Virus record (IMG/VR): IMGVR_UViG_3300020161_001350
Location: 1 to 52,403 of that record
DNA length: 52,403 nt
Direction: 5' to 3' (one strand)
From: a virus
Lineage: Duplodnaviria > Caudoviricetes
The notes beneath the pieces are model-generated. The model worked only from the letters and a program-made list of their open reading frames with translations. It had not been told where the DNA came from and did no database searches. A program made the translations under genes and the position numbers. Below, piece after piece: positions 44,318 through 52,403 of this stretch. Within the stretch, counting starts at the first letter, position 1. Each line of letters begins with the position of its first letter.

Positions 44318-46848
44318 CCGAAAAAGTCCTCGATTGAATTTTGTTTTTCTGTTTTCCAACCCATGCAATCTAAAACTACACGAATTGGTTCTAAGAAAGC
44401 TTTATCAAACTGTACATCATAGTCAATGAATTCTTGTAAATCCAATTCTTTTGGCAATCGTTGTGGAAAACTAATCACCATGTCTTTGACTGGATTTGGC
44501 ATTTTGAGATAAGCAAACTTCAATTTTTCGCCTTCTTGGATCATAGGATACTTATTCTCCAGTCCTAGGCGCTTTAAGTGAAAATTATAAAGAATTGCAC
44601 CTTTTACATGAATTGGTGTGCCTTTCTTATACAATGTTACTGAATCGGAGTATTGTGCGATGCCATTACAACCTCTTGGCGATGAAATGTCCTCGGGAGG
44701 CAATCTATTGAATTCATCACGGAAGTTAGTAATAAATTCATGCACATCTTCTTCTGTACCCATCATCATCAGATTTAAAACTTTTTTCATCTTCTCACGG
44801 ATAACGGAAGGCGTAGATGATTTAACCATTTCCAAACCCATCACTTTGAGTTTTGGTTCTTTATATACAACACCTTCGTTGTTATACACATTCAGCGCAT
44901 AGCGTTTCTTGGCAGTCCACAAACCTTTATCTGCCAATGCTTCACGCTTCATTTGCATTTTTTGTGAGTGTGCGTGGACATAATCAGCAAGCTCTTGATA
45001 ACTTTCGTCAATAAACGGTTGTATTTTATCTTCACAGACCTTGTCCATGAAGGTGATGATTGAATTAGTGTCCGTCTTTTCTTTATACACTCTATCAACG
45101 AGTTCACCAAGACGTAGGTAAATCGAATCTGTATCTGAGGCGATAACATAATCTTTTTCCGTTTTCAATAATTTGTTCATAAACTGATTGAGTTTTTTCT
45201 CAATCCAACGAATACTTAATTGGCCTGCTTGTGTAACTGCCAATGCCTGACGCAAATCATAGAAACGAAAATACTGTGAGCCTAGAGCACCGTAAGCGGA
45301 GTTTAGTGAAACCTTCTTTGCAAGTTGTAGATTATTATATCGAGCAATTAGTTTATCGAGTTCTGCTTTCTTTTTAGCGTCAGTTTCAACTTGATAATCT
45401 TGTTGTGCCTTAATCATTAACTTCTTAAACTTCTTACGATCCTCATACATTTCTTCCATCATTGTAGGAAGAAAACCTTTTTTCTTTGTAGTGAAGTATT
45501 GGCCATTTGGTGTCAATGTAACACCATCTAGTTTGCTTGTATCAACTTTCATATCAAGCATCTTGTCAACATTTACACCATCAGAGATAATACGCCGCAT
45601 TTCAAGTGTGTATTCATGCGGTTCAATAATCGTTTCTGGTGAAATGTTATACTGAATCAACAAGTGTGGATACAGCGAGTTTAGGTCAAAAGATGCAACC
45701 CAATCGTGCTTGCCAACTTGTGGTTCTTTTACATATGCACCTTCAAATGCAGAATCTTTTTCTTTGCGTTCTTTTGGCGGAACAATAATCTTTTGTTCCA
45801 TTAGATAACAATTAATCAAAGAATCCCACATACGAGTTTGAGCAAATACATCCTCAAAGTTCGTTTTTGTATCATAGGCCAGAGTTGCAGCCAATTCAAT
45901 TAACTTCAACTTATCTTCCAAATCTACGATAAGTTCTACGTCTTTAATGTTATACTCTATAAACTTTTGATAATTGAGTTTATAGAGTTGGTGTAGATTA
46001 TCGTATTCAGAATAATCTAATTTGTTTGTGCCAAGTTCTACTGAGGCAATATGGTCAAGTTTGTAGGACTCTTGGGACTTACCTGCAGGAGCATACCAGC
46101 GGTATAACTCAATATAATCAAGACAAGAAATGCCGAAAATCTCATATGTTATCTGCTTTTTACCTTTAATAATCTTTTCACGTTCTGCTATATTATTCCA
46201 TGGCGAAAGTTTCTTGGTCAAATCTGGCCCAAGAATCCGCTGCATACGATTGTGGAGATAGGGAATATCAAAGAACTTAATATTCCAACCAGACATAATA
46301 TCTGGTGTATTCGCTTCCCAATCCATCAGAAAGGTTTTAAGAAGGGTATATTCGTCTTGGCACTTAATATAGTCAACATCATCACGGGTATTGTCAAAAT
46401 CCCCGCATCCGTAAACGCTTAACCTTTTATTTAGTCTTTTCACAGCTACGGCGGTCACCGGTTCGCTGGCGGTCGCTGGGTCCGGGAACCCGTTTTCAGA
46501 CCCCACCTCAATGTCGATGATAGCTATGTCGAGGTCTTTAATGTCCCAATCTATGACCCCCTTTTGAGTGTCGGCGATATAGGCATACTCGAGCCTGGTG
46601 TTGCCAAACATCTTAAAGTTTTGAACTTCTTCATACCTCTTGATGAACTCTTTAGCCTCCCTGATTGAGCCAAACGATTTAGGCTCAAGCACATCTCCTT
46701 GCAAAGAACGCCATTCGGTATTCTTGTTCGTAGGAAAATACAAAGTCGGAGAGTATTCGATCTTCTGTTTTACTCTCCGACCATTGTTGAGGCCTCGGTA
46801 CATAATGTAGTTACCAAAGCATAGAACGTGTGTGTAATACTTACTCAT
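44314..46848 (-). CDS. 43: family B DNA polymerase (T4 gp43-like)
   Basis: DIEV, GWN..FFD, SFDLNSLYP, K..LNS.YG, SDTDS, KKRY. Confidence 0.98.
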   Translation of the reverse strand: MSKYYTHVLCFGNYIMYRGLNNGRRVKQKIEYSPTLYFPTNKNTEWRSLQGDVLEPKSFGSIREAKEFIKRYEEVQNFKMFGNTRLEYAYIADTQKGVIDWDIKDLDIAIIDIEVGSENGFPDPATASEPVTAVAVKRLNKRLSVYGCGDFDNTRDDVDYIKCQDEYTLLKTFLMDWEANTPDIMSGWNIKFFDIPYLHNRMQRILGPDLTKKLSPWNNIAEREKIIKGKKQITYEIFGISCLDYIELYRWYAPAGKSQESYKLDHIASVELGTNKLDYSEYDNLHQLYKLNYQKFIEYNIKDVELIVDLEDKLKLIELAATLAYDTKTNFEDVFAQTRMWDSLINCYLMEQKIIVPPKERKEKDSAFEGAYVKEPQVGKHDWVASFDLNSLYPHLLIQYNISPETIIEPHEYTLEMRRIISDGVNVDKMLDMKVDTSKLDGVTLTPNGQYFTTKKKGFLPTMMEEMYEDRKKFKKLMIKAQQDYQVETDAKKKAELDKLIARYNNLQLAKKVSLNSAYGALGSQYFRFYDLRQALAVTQAGQLSIRWIEKKLNQFMNKLLKTEKDYVIASDTDSIYLRLGELVDRVYKEKTDTNSIITFMDKVCEDKIQPFIDESYQELADYVHAHSQKMQMKREALADKGLWTAKKRYALNVYNNEGVVYKEPKLKVMGLEMVKSSTPSVIREKMKKVLNLMMMGTEEDVHEFITNFRDEFNRLPPEDISSPRGCNGIAQYSDSVTLYKKGTPIHVKGAILYNFHLKRLGLENKYPMIQEGEKLKFAYLKMPNPVKDMVISFPQRLPKELDLQEFIDYDVQFDKAFLEPIRVVLDCMGWKTEKQNSIEDFFG
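46745..46781. repeat. 11-bp perfect inverted repeat inside the 5' end of gp43
   Basis: GTCGGAGAGTA-15 nt-TACTCTCCGAC. Confidence 0.8.
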
Positions 46849-47175
46849 TCATTTTTTTGATTTTTTTTGTGGTTTTGTTTCTGGAACTTCAATAGTAGAA
46901 TTGGGTGTCTTATCCCACATCAATTTGTTATATTGAGCTTCAAGTGTTTCATTGGGTGTGGTAATACACAAAATGTCTGACATATTAAATTTAATACCTG
47001 TATCAAATTCTAGTGTATACTCCAAAAAAGGAGCAAAGCCCAATTGCAAACCTTCTTTAATTACCTGTTGAAGAACTTGAACAGGTGCTTTCACAATAAT
47101 TGTTTTGTCATCAATGCAATCGACTTGAGCAAGAATTGTTTGATTGGTTCTAAAAGTAACTAATTTGTTTTTCAT
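46849..47175 (-). CDS. conserved hypothetical protein upstream of gp43
   Basis: Small beta-rich ORF abutting gp43. Confidence 0.75.
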   Translation of the reverse strand: MKNKLVTFRTNQTILAQVDCIDDKTIIVKAPVQVLQQVIKEGLQLGFAPFLEYTLEFDTGIKFNMSDILCITTPNETLEAQYNKLMWDKTPNSTIEVPETKPQKKSKK

Positions 47176-47390
47176 ATTTTAATCTCCGCAGATAAAACTC
47201 CGATTGTAATCCATCTCTTAGGGAACAACATTTCTCTACCTTGAAAATCCTTCATATCATAGTTGGGATCTTGCACCCAACCAACAACTTCAACTTGATT
47301 ATCAAAATCACGAAGCACCAAGTCATACTTCTCAGCTCTTGGCATTTTATGTTCAATGGCAAGTTTTTTAGCAAGTTCACGCAGATTCAT
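47172..47390 (-). CDS. hypothetical protein
   Basis: Coupled ORF. Confidence 0.75.
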   Translation of the reverse strand: MNLRELAKKLAIEHKMPRAEKYDLVLRDFDNQVEVVGWVQDPNYDMKDFQGREMLFPKRWITIGVLSAEIKI

Positions 47391-48034
47391 TTTGTTTCCT
47401 TAAAGTCATAAAAAAAGTCATTGTTGTTTCGTGCAGAGTGTTTACTAAATTGCTCTACTGAATACAACTTTGTTGCTATTTTAAAATCTGGCATTTTAAA
47501 TTCAGGTACTGTCAGAGAAGAATCAAAGAACAATGTTTTATTATTTGGTTGTGCGGCGAACTGGCCGTTGTCCATCTTAATAAAATTATAACTCTTATGT
47601 TCTTCTACTGTTTCAGAAAATCCTGTATTCAAATAACCAGGGTCGTTTTGGCAAAAGTCAACGGTAAACATATATTGACCAAACTGCCACTTTCTATCTT
47701 TGTCTAAGAATTTACACTTCAATAACCGAAGATTATCTTTTTCAATGATAGTAACATTATAACTCAAACAGTCCCATATTTGCAAGTAATCCAAAGGCAA
47801 AGATGCATTTTTGAGGTCTGTTTGCCTTGATACAAAGGCATGGAGTGGAAGTTTATCGTATAGAGCACCGTAGTTTGGTAACAGCACCTCTATACGAAAG
47901 GCTTGATTCTTAATACACTTCAATGTCATCCATATACAAGGTTCATATTCGCCATGGCCTTTTTCAAAGTCATAAAGAAATTCCTTCTTTACGAAGCATT
48001 GAATTGGTGGTAGATTATGAACAAGAAAAGCCAT
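47387..48034 (-). CDS. conserved phage hypothetical protein
   Basis: GALYDKLPLHA, LQIWDC, Y.FTVD, EHKS, GQFAAQPNN. Confidence 0.8.
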   Translation of the reverse strand: MAFLVHNLPPIQCFVKKEFLYDFEKGHGEYEPCIWMTLKCIKNQAFRIEVLLPNYGALYDKLPLHAFVSRQTDLKNASLPLDYLQIWDCLSYNVTIIEKDNLRLLKCKFLDKDRKWQFGQYMFTVDFCQNDPGYLNTGFSETVEEHKSYNFIKMDNGQFAAQPNNKTLFFDSSLTVPEFKMPDFKIATKLYSVEQFSKHSARNNNDFFYDFKETK

Positions 48035-48037
48035 ATT

Positions 48038-48211
48038 TTATTTGTTTTCTTTTGTTAAGTTTTTAATAACTACTGATTTGCCTACTACTTCATAATCTAA
48101 TTTATCACCAACATTCCAATTTAATTCTTTAACGAGTTCTTCTGGCAATTCTAAAATCGCATCACCAAAACAATCTAGTGCTAATACTCTAGCTTCATAT
48201 GTCTTTGACAT
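48038..48211 (-). CDS. AbrB/MazE-like small protein (57 aa)
   Basis: Read manually: GDAILELPEELVKELNWNVGDKLDY. Confidence 0.65.
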   Translation of the reverse strand: MSKTYEARVLALDCFGDAILELPEELVKELNWNVGDKLDYEVVGKSVVIKNLTKENK

Positions 48212-48635
48212 GATTCACCTCTATTTTGCATTGATTGAGAAATTTTAAACCTTCTTCACTTCTGTAATGACTACGAAAATAAAACCTTTTAATACCTGCT
48301 TGATGAATAAGTTTTGCACAATCTAAACACGGCGCATGCGTACAGATCATATCTGCGCCATCTGTAGAATTGGTAGACCGTGCTACTTTAGCAATTGCAT
48401 TTGTTTCTGCATGTAATACTTCAGGTCTAGTTTTGAGATATGAATTGCCAAGGTCTTCCTCATTTATTTCAATCTCACAATTATTATCCCAACCGCTTGG
48501 CATTCCGTTGTATCCAATGCCAATAATTGTGTTATCTTTTACAATAACACAACCAACTTGTAATCTTTTAGCAGAAGATAATTGAGCGTAAGCTTCGGCC
48601 GCTCTTAGATGAGCTTTAATGAATTTATCTTTCAA
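48195..48635 (-). CDS. cd: dCMP deaminase
   Basis: GYNG.P, HAETNAI, PCLDC. Confidence 0.93.
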   Translation of the reverse strand: MKDKFIKAHLRAAEAYAQLSSAKRLQVGCVIVKDNTIIGIGYNGMPSGWDNNCEIEINEEDLGNSYLKTRPEVLHAETNAIAKVARSTNSTDGADMICTHAPCLDCAKLIHQAGIKRFYFRSHYRSEEGLKFLNQCKIEVNHVKDI

Positions 48636-49459
48636 TTTAAAAACACCAATGGTACTTCAGCTTTTCTCAATGAATTAGCAAAGATAAAGAATGGAACAAA
48701 TCGTTCATTTAGAAAACCAGGATAACGCCAAGGTAAAGGTTCTGAAGTTGTTTGTTGCGTAGGATAAGTTGTTTGACAATTTGTCCAAATAAACTCCATA
48801 ATTTGAAAATATTCATACATCATTTTCTGATACAGGTCTTTACGCATAATGTAAACACCTTCATAATTAATGATGTTGTAACCAGTAAACCACCACATAT
48901 GTGATCTATACAAAGGATTTACTTTTGTAATCCCTTCTTTAAATAGATCCCAATATTCTTTTGGTTGAGATTGTAAATATTGTTCTTCAATAGAAACATC
49001 TATGGTTCTAGGCCTGGAAATAATTAGATCAACAGAATCTAAAAGTCTTGATGCAGCTGCCCATTGAGCATCTGAAGTTAAAAACCTTACACTTTCCTCA
49101 TTTGCAGGTAAAATTATTTTTTCATATGGATTTCTGTAAGCATCTAATATGTAAAGATAACGGCGATATGAATTAACTCCAACATAATCTGGTCCATTTA
49201 ATCCAAGATTTGCAGCGAAAACTTCCGTTGCTTGTTGACCCATAGCTCGAAGAAAATCTTGTTCAGAGATCATGGGATAATGATGTTTATAATTTAAAAT
49301 ACCATGATGAGTAACATTAACGAATTCTTTTCTGTCTACAGGAGGATGCCACTCATATGGACCGGTACCGCCAGCATAACAAGGAGTTACCCAATTAGAT
49401 TCATAATTGAAAGGAAATTCCTTATGAAGATGAACAAACATTTGAATGTTCTTCATCAT
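48632..49459 (-). CDS. DUF4422-like glycosyltransferase-associated protein
   Basis: YVG..SYRRY, RYPGFL.ER. Confidence 0.7.
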   Translation of the reverse strand: MMKNIQMFVHLHKEFPFNYESNWVTPCYAGGTGPYEWHPPVDRKEFVNVTHHGILNYKHHYPMISEQDFLRAMGQQATEVFAANLGLNGPDYVGVNSYRRYLYILDAYRNPYEKIILPANEESVRFLTSDAQWAAASRLLDSVDLIISRPRTIDVSIEEQYLQSQPKEYWDLFKEGITKVNPLYRSHMWWFTGYNIINYEGVYIMRKDLYQKMMYEYFQIMEFIWTNCQTTYPTQQTTSEPLPWRYPGFLNERFVPFFIFANSLRKAEVPLVFLN

Positions 49460-49629
49460 TCTTCCTTAGGTGCGTTCTTATTTTTCTTTTCGTGTTTGAC
49501 TGGAATTGAAGCAAGAATTTCAGCTTCAATCATTGTTTTTTTAAACTCATTAGGATTGACACAGAATTTGCCTGCCATTATCCGTTTGGTCGATTTACTC
49601 AACCGAAAGTTTCTATCTCGCTTGTTCAT
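49456..49629 (-). CDS. small basic protein (57 aa)
   Basis: Read manually: GGAG RBS, MNKRDRNFRLSKSTKRIMA... Confidence 0.7.
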   Translation of the reverse strand: MNKRDRNFRLSKSTKRIMAGKFCVNPNEFKKTMIEAEILASIPVKHEKKNKNAPKEE

Positions 49630-49644
49630 AATATCTCCATGTAA

Positions 49645-49664
49645 AGCGGGGCAAAAGCCCCGCT
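49645..49664 (-). terminator. rho-independent terminator after hsp20
   Basis: AGCGGGGC-TTTT-GCCCCGCT perfect stem with a short T tail. Confidence 0.75.
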
Positions 49665-49667
49665 GAG

Positions 49668-50153
49668 TTATGCTACTTTCTTCTCTTGTAGAAGTTGCGG
49701 CTTAAACTCTTTAAGTTCATTACCAATTTCAATCTTGCGTGGTTTCTTGTGTTCAGGAATTACATTCTCTAAACCAATACGCAAAATTCCATCTTTAAAC
49801 TCTGCACCTTTAACTTCTACGGTGTCAGCAATGGTCAATTGTTTTGTAAATGACCGAGTGCCAATACCACGATGCAGATAAGTCACATCAACATCTTTTT
49901 CTTTTTTCTCACCTTTGATAGTCAATGTACCATCTTCTGCTGTAATTTCAATATCTTCTTTACTGAATCCAGCAATAGCAAGTTCAACGACATAGTGAGT
50001 GTCTTTTAACTTGATGATGTTATGTGGTGGAAAAGATTGGGTTACTTTTGTTGCATTATCTACATTCAAAAGTCTTTCTACATCATCAAAGAAACGCTCA
50101 AAACCCAATGTTGTGTGAGCCAATGGCCCAAATGAAATATGACCGAGTGTCAT
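49668..50153 (-). CDS. hsp20: small heat-shock protein (IbpA/Hsp20)
   Basis: GFERFFD, FPPHNI, ELAIAGF, YLHRGI..RSF, PEHKKPRKIEI. Confidence 0.96.
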   Translation of the reverse strand: MTLGHISFGPLAHTTLGFERFFDDVERLLNVDNATKVTQSFPPHNIIKLKDTHYVVELAIAGFSKEDIEITAEDGTLTIKGEKKEKDVDVTYLHRGIGTRSFTKQLTIADTVEVKGAEFKDGILRIGLENVIPEHKKPRKIEIGNELKEFKPQLLQEKKVA

Positions 50154-50211
50154 GTTGTTTTCTCCTATTAAGCGAGTTAATCAAATAGCGGCCCATTAGG
50201 CGCCGCACCAT
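50154..50211 (-). promoter_or_regulatory. ROSE-like RNA thermometer in the hsp20 5' UTR
   Basis: Upstream GCGGC/GCCGC hairpin plus CUCGCU-UAAU-AGGAG SD hairpin. Confidence 0.65.
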
Positions 50212-50219
50212 TATTTATA
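50212..50219 (-). promoter_or_regulatory. T4-type late promoter TATAAATA
   Basis: Perfect consensus directly upstream of the hsp20 leader. Confidence 0.75.
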
Positions 50220-50226
50220 CAACAAT

Positions 50227-50631
50227 TTAATAATCGGATGTTTTTTTGCCAATGTTATATTTGGCAATTAAATCCCAATCATCTTTTTCTTTAAACGAAA
50301 TAATCTTTATTTGGTGTAGAGGTGCTATATTACCTTCAATCAATCTACGATTCAATATCTTTACAAGACCCCATTCTTCCAATAGATTAGCAATTGCATT
50401 CCGTCTTTGTATATCATTCTCTGAAATATTGGATGGTTTACCATCTAGTGCAAATAATTCTTTGAAATGTACAATATAATACTTGCCTTGTTTATGTAAA
50501 ATATGGCAAGATTGGTATAATACTTTTTCTTTCCGTGAAGAAACACCAATACGAGTAAGAGTTTCCCTTACCTTTAAAAAATCGTCTTGTTCGTTAAGGC
50601 TTACCTCAACAAACTGAGTCAAGTCAACCAT
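50227..50631 (-). CDS. regA: translational repressor RegA
   Basis: DFLKVRETLTRIG, LYQSCHILHKQG.YYIVHFKE, RRN.IA.LL..W. Confidence 0.97.
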   Translation of the reverse strand: MVDLTQFVEVSLNEQDDFLKVRETLTRIGVSSRKEKVLYQSCHILHKQGKYYIVHFKELFALDGKPSNISENDIQRRNAIANLLEEWGLVKILNRRLIEGNIAPLHQIKIISFKEKDDWDLIAKYNIGKKTSDY

Positions 50632-50632
50632 A

Positions 50633-51016
50633 TTACTTCCTTAATCCACCGGTATCGGTTTGTTCTTTTAGTTGTTGGATCTGGTCTTTGCTTAGTAAGC
50701 GGAGTGCCTCACGGGCCTTTGAATCGGAGAAACCATAGACTTGTTTTATACATTCCAAATCATCACTTTTCTCAGACTTAACCCACTTCGCAAATGGTCT
50801 TTTTTGGGACCTGACGGTATTTAGTAAAAAGTCATTTTGCAACTTCTTATCCAGAAAATGGCGCCTGTTCATTTCATTTGCATACAGAACGCAATCTTTA
50901 TGGTAAGATAAAGAACGATTAATAATGAATGGATTGTATTCTTTTTCTGTCAGGTCGTCAACAATTAACTGTTTTTTACCTTGTAAAATTTCTTTGACAA
51001 AATCGAATGGGTTCAT
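50633..51016 (-). CDS. 62: clamp loader small subunit (gp62)
   Basis: Y.PFIINR.LS...D, ANEMN; position between gp44 and regA. Confidence 0.92.
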   Translation of the reverse strand: MNPFDFVKEILQGKKQLIVDDLTEKEYNPFIINRSLSYHKDCVLYANEMNRRHFLDKKLQNDFLLNTVRSQKRPFAKWVKSEKSDDLECIKQVYGFSDSKAREALRLLSKDQIQQLKEQTDTGGLRK

Positions 51017-51945
51017 ACAAACTCACAAGATACCATTAGTTCAGTCAGACAAGCCACCGTATTCACTTCTTGATCAGCAACAAACGCAGCCTTGTATTGA
51101 TAGTCAGCAAGAATAATGACCGCCTGTGGAATTGATTGCGGTTTCATTACATCATAAAGAGAATCATAAATCTTACGATACAAAACCGTACTATCAATTT
51201 CGTGTGTTGCAACCCACTTACGAATAGAAGCAAAGTCTTTTGATGAAATAGATTTGGTGAGTTCATCAATAGATACATCAGCAATCTGTGTAAGAATACC
51301 TGTATCGATTTTACCAAACTGAGAATAACGCTGAAGTTCATTCAGCACACGGCGAAAATCTGGGAAATGTTTTTTGATTAACTCAGCAAGAACCTTGTCA
51401 TCTGCGTCAACGGATTCACTTTGCAAAATTGTTTGAATTCGCTTAAAGAATGCCGCAGCCATCTTGGCCTTCTCACCATTCTTGAGGCCAAAGTCGATGA
51501 CGGCACAACGACTATGAAGCGGATCTATAATGCGATTTTTGTAATTACAAGTAAATATGAAAGAACAATTACCTGCAAATTCTTCTATTGCATTACGGAG
51601 AGCCGGTTGAGTTGAGTTTGGATTTAGATAATCTGCTTCGTCAATAATGATGACCTTACGACCACCAGAGAGTGACATTGATGAAGCATAATTTTTAATC
51701 TTGGTTCTAAATGTGTCAATACCACTTTCATCAGAACCATTGATTACCATGAAGTCGCAACCGATTTCGTTGCACATCGCTTTCGCTATCGTGGTCTTGC
51801 CTACGCCGGCTCCACCACTCAATAGGAGATTCGGTATCTCCTTTTGATTCACATATTCCTGAAACGGCTTTTTCAGACGGTCTGGAAGAATACAATCTTC
51901 CACCGTCTGAGGCCGATACTTCTCTGTCCATAACAAATGTTCCAT
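51013..51945 (-). CDS. 44: clamp loader large subunit (gp44)
   Basis: WTEKYRP, GAGVGKTT, IIDEAD, PLHSRC. Confidence 0.97.
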   Translation of the reverse strand: MEHLLWTEKYRPQTVEDCILPDRLKKPFQEYVNQKEIPNLLLSGGAGVGKTTIAKAMCNEIGCDFMVINGSDESGIDTFRTKIKNYASSMSLSGGRKVIIIDEADYLNPNSTQPALRNAIEEFAGNCSFIFTCNYKNRIIDPLHSRCAVIDFGLKNGEKAKMAAAFFKRIQTILQSESVDADDKVLAELIKKHFPDFRRVLNELQRYSQFGKIDTGILTQIADVSIDELTKSISSKDFASIRKWVATHEIDSTVLYRKIYDSLYDVMKPQSIPQAVIILADYQYKAAFVADQEVNTVACLTELMVSCEFV

Positions 51946-51974
51946 AAGAACCTTTCACATATATCATAATTTAA

Positions 51975-52403
51975 TTAAGCTACTTTTTCAAATTTAGAAC
52001 CTTGCTCAGTTGTAATCCAATATTGCAACGGAAGGTTTTTGTTTTTAAAATGTGAAATGCCTTTAGATGAAATAGAAACTTCATAAGTGCCGGCCAATAC
52101 CTTTGTAATGTTTTCTGTTTTGAAAATCATTTTGTATTTGTTGCCATTACCATTTGCAATTTCTAAAGCATCGGTGTGAGCAGAATCATTCTGTAGGTCG
52201 AGTGTTACAATGCTCACTTTTTTGCCATCAGATTCAATTGCAATCTGTGGTGATGCAAGAACGCCAGCTGCCCGTAAGACCCAATCAAAATCTTCCGCTG
52301 TCAAATCAAATTTAATCTCTGCGTCAGGCATCGTCAGAGCTTTCTCTGGCGGTGTGACAATCATATTCGCAGGAGTAAAACGATATTTGATCTTAGAACG
52401 ACC
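51975..52403 (-). CDS. 45: sliding clamp (gp45), 5'-truncated by the window edge
   Basis: In frame to the edge; FKTEN...GTYEVSIS.KGISHF...YWI..E; upstream of gp44. Confidence 0.9.
   Translation of the reverse strand, partial: GRSKIKYRFTPANMIVTPPEKALTMPDAEIKFDLTAEDFDWVLRAAGVLASPQIAIESDGKKVSIVTLDLQNDSAHTDALEIANGNGNKYKMIFKTENITKVLAGTYEVSISSKGISHFKNKNLPLQYWITTEQGSKFEKVA

Noticed and set aside
46428-46435. ACTAAATA late-promoter-like site inside gp43
   Set aside because: AT-rich octamers occur by chance in coding sequence, and no downstream start is evident.
48038-48211. MazEF-type toxin-antitoxin pair
   Set aside because: AbrB-like ORF is present, but no recognisable toxin is adjacent.
699-51615. 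All plus-strand ORFs in the track (e.g. 29646-30212, 40264-40695, 26873-27271)
   Set aside because: They are antisense shadows of well-supported minus-strand genes, with no recognisable motifs.
51731-51967. Alternative-frame ORF over the gp44 5' end
   Set aside because: No RBS and no recognisable protein features.
1-52403. tRNAs, CRISPR arrays, introns/inteins, stop-codon reassignment
   Set aside because: None seen by eye. Intergenic gaps are short, gp43/nrdA/nrdB/gp41 are uninterrupted and of normal length, and genes read through with the standard code.

Overview
A 52.4-kb, AT-rich, gene-dense segment of a T4-like (Tevenvirinae/cyanomyovirus-style) dsDNA phage. Essentially all real genes are on the minus strand. 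Read from right to left it contains: (1) the T4 replication core (gp45 partial, gp44, gp62, regA, hsp20, dCMP deaminase, gp43, uvsX, gp40-like, gp41, DruA/DUF4338-like); (2) a probable late block of head-packaged proteins with capsid-targeting-like N-termini, including a ligase-like protein and apparent polyproteins, interrupted by a ~8-kb, 10-gene sugar-modification island built around a sedoheptulose-7-phosphate cyclase of the EEVS type; (3) a lysis module (GH19 endolysin, spanins, holin candidates); (4) primase, thyX and nrdA/nrdB, with a desaturase and hydroxylase between the nrd genes; (5) an accessory region (apt, MTA/SAH nucleosidase, guaC, lipase, DUF3445-like, GT25, pstS with a Pho box) and small early genes. 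A Gram-negative, probably betaproteobacterial, aquatic host is inferred. The best candidate for an undescribed system is the phage-encoded C7-cyclitol (pseudo-sugar) synthesis, activation and transfer cluster at 28740-36650. All calls come from motif recognition by eye; no searches were run.
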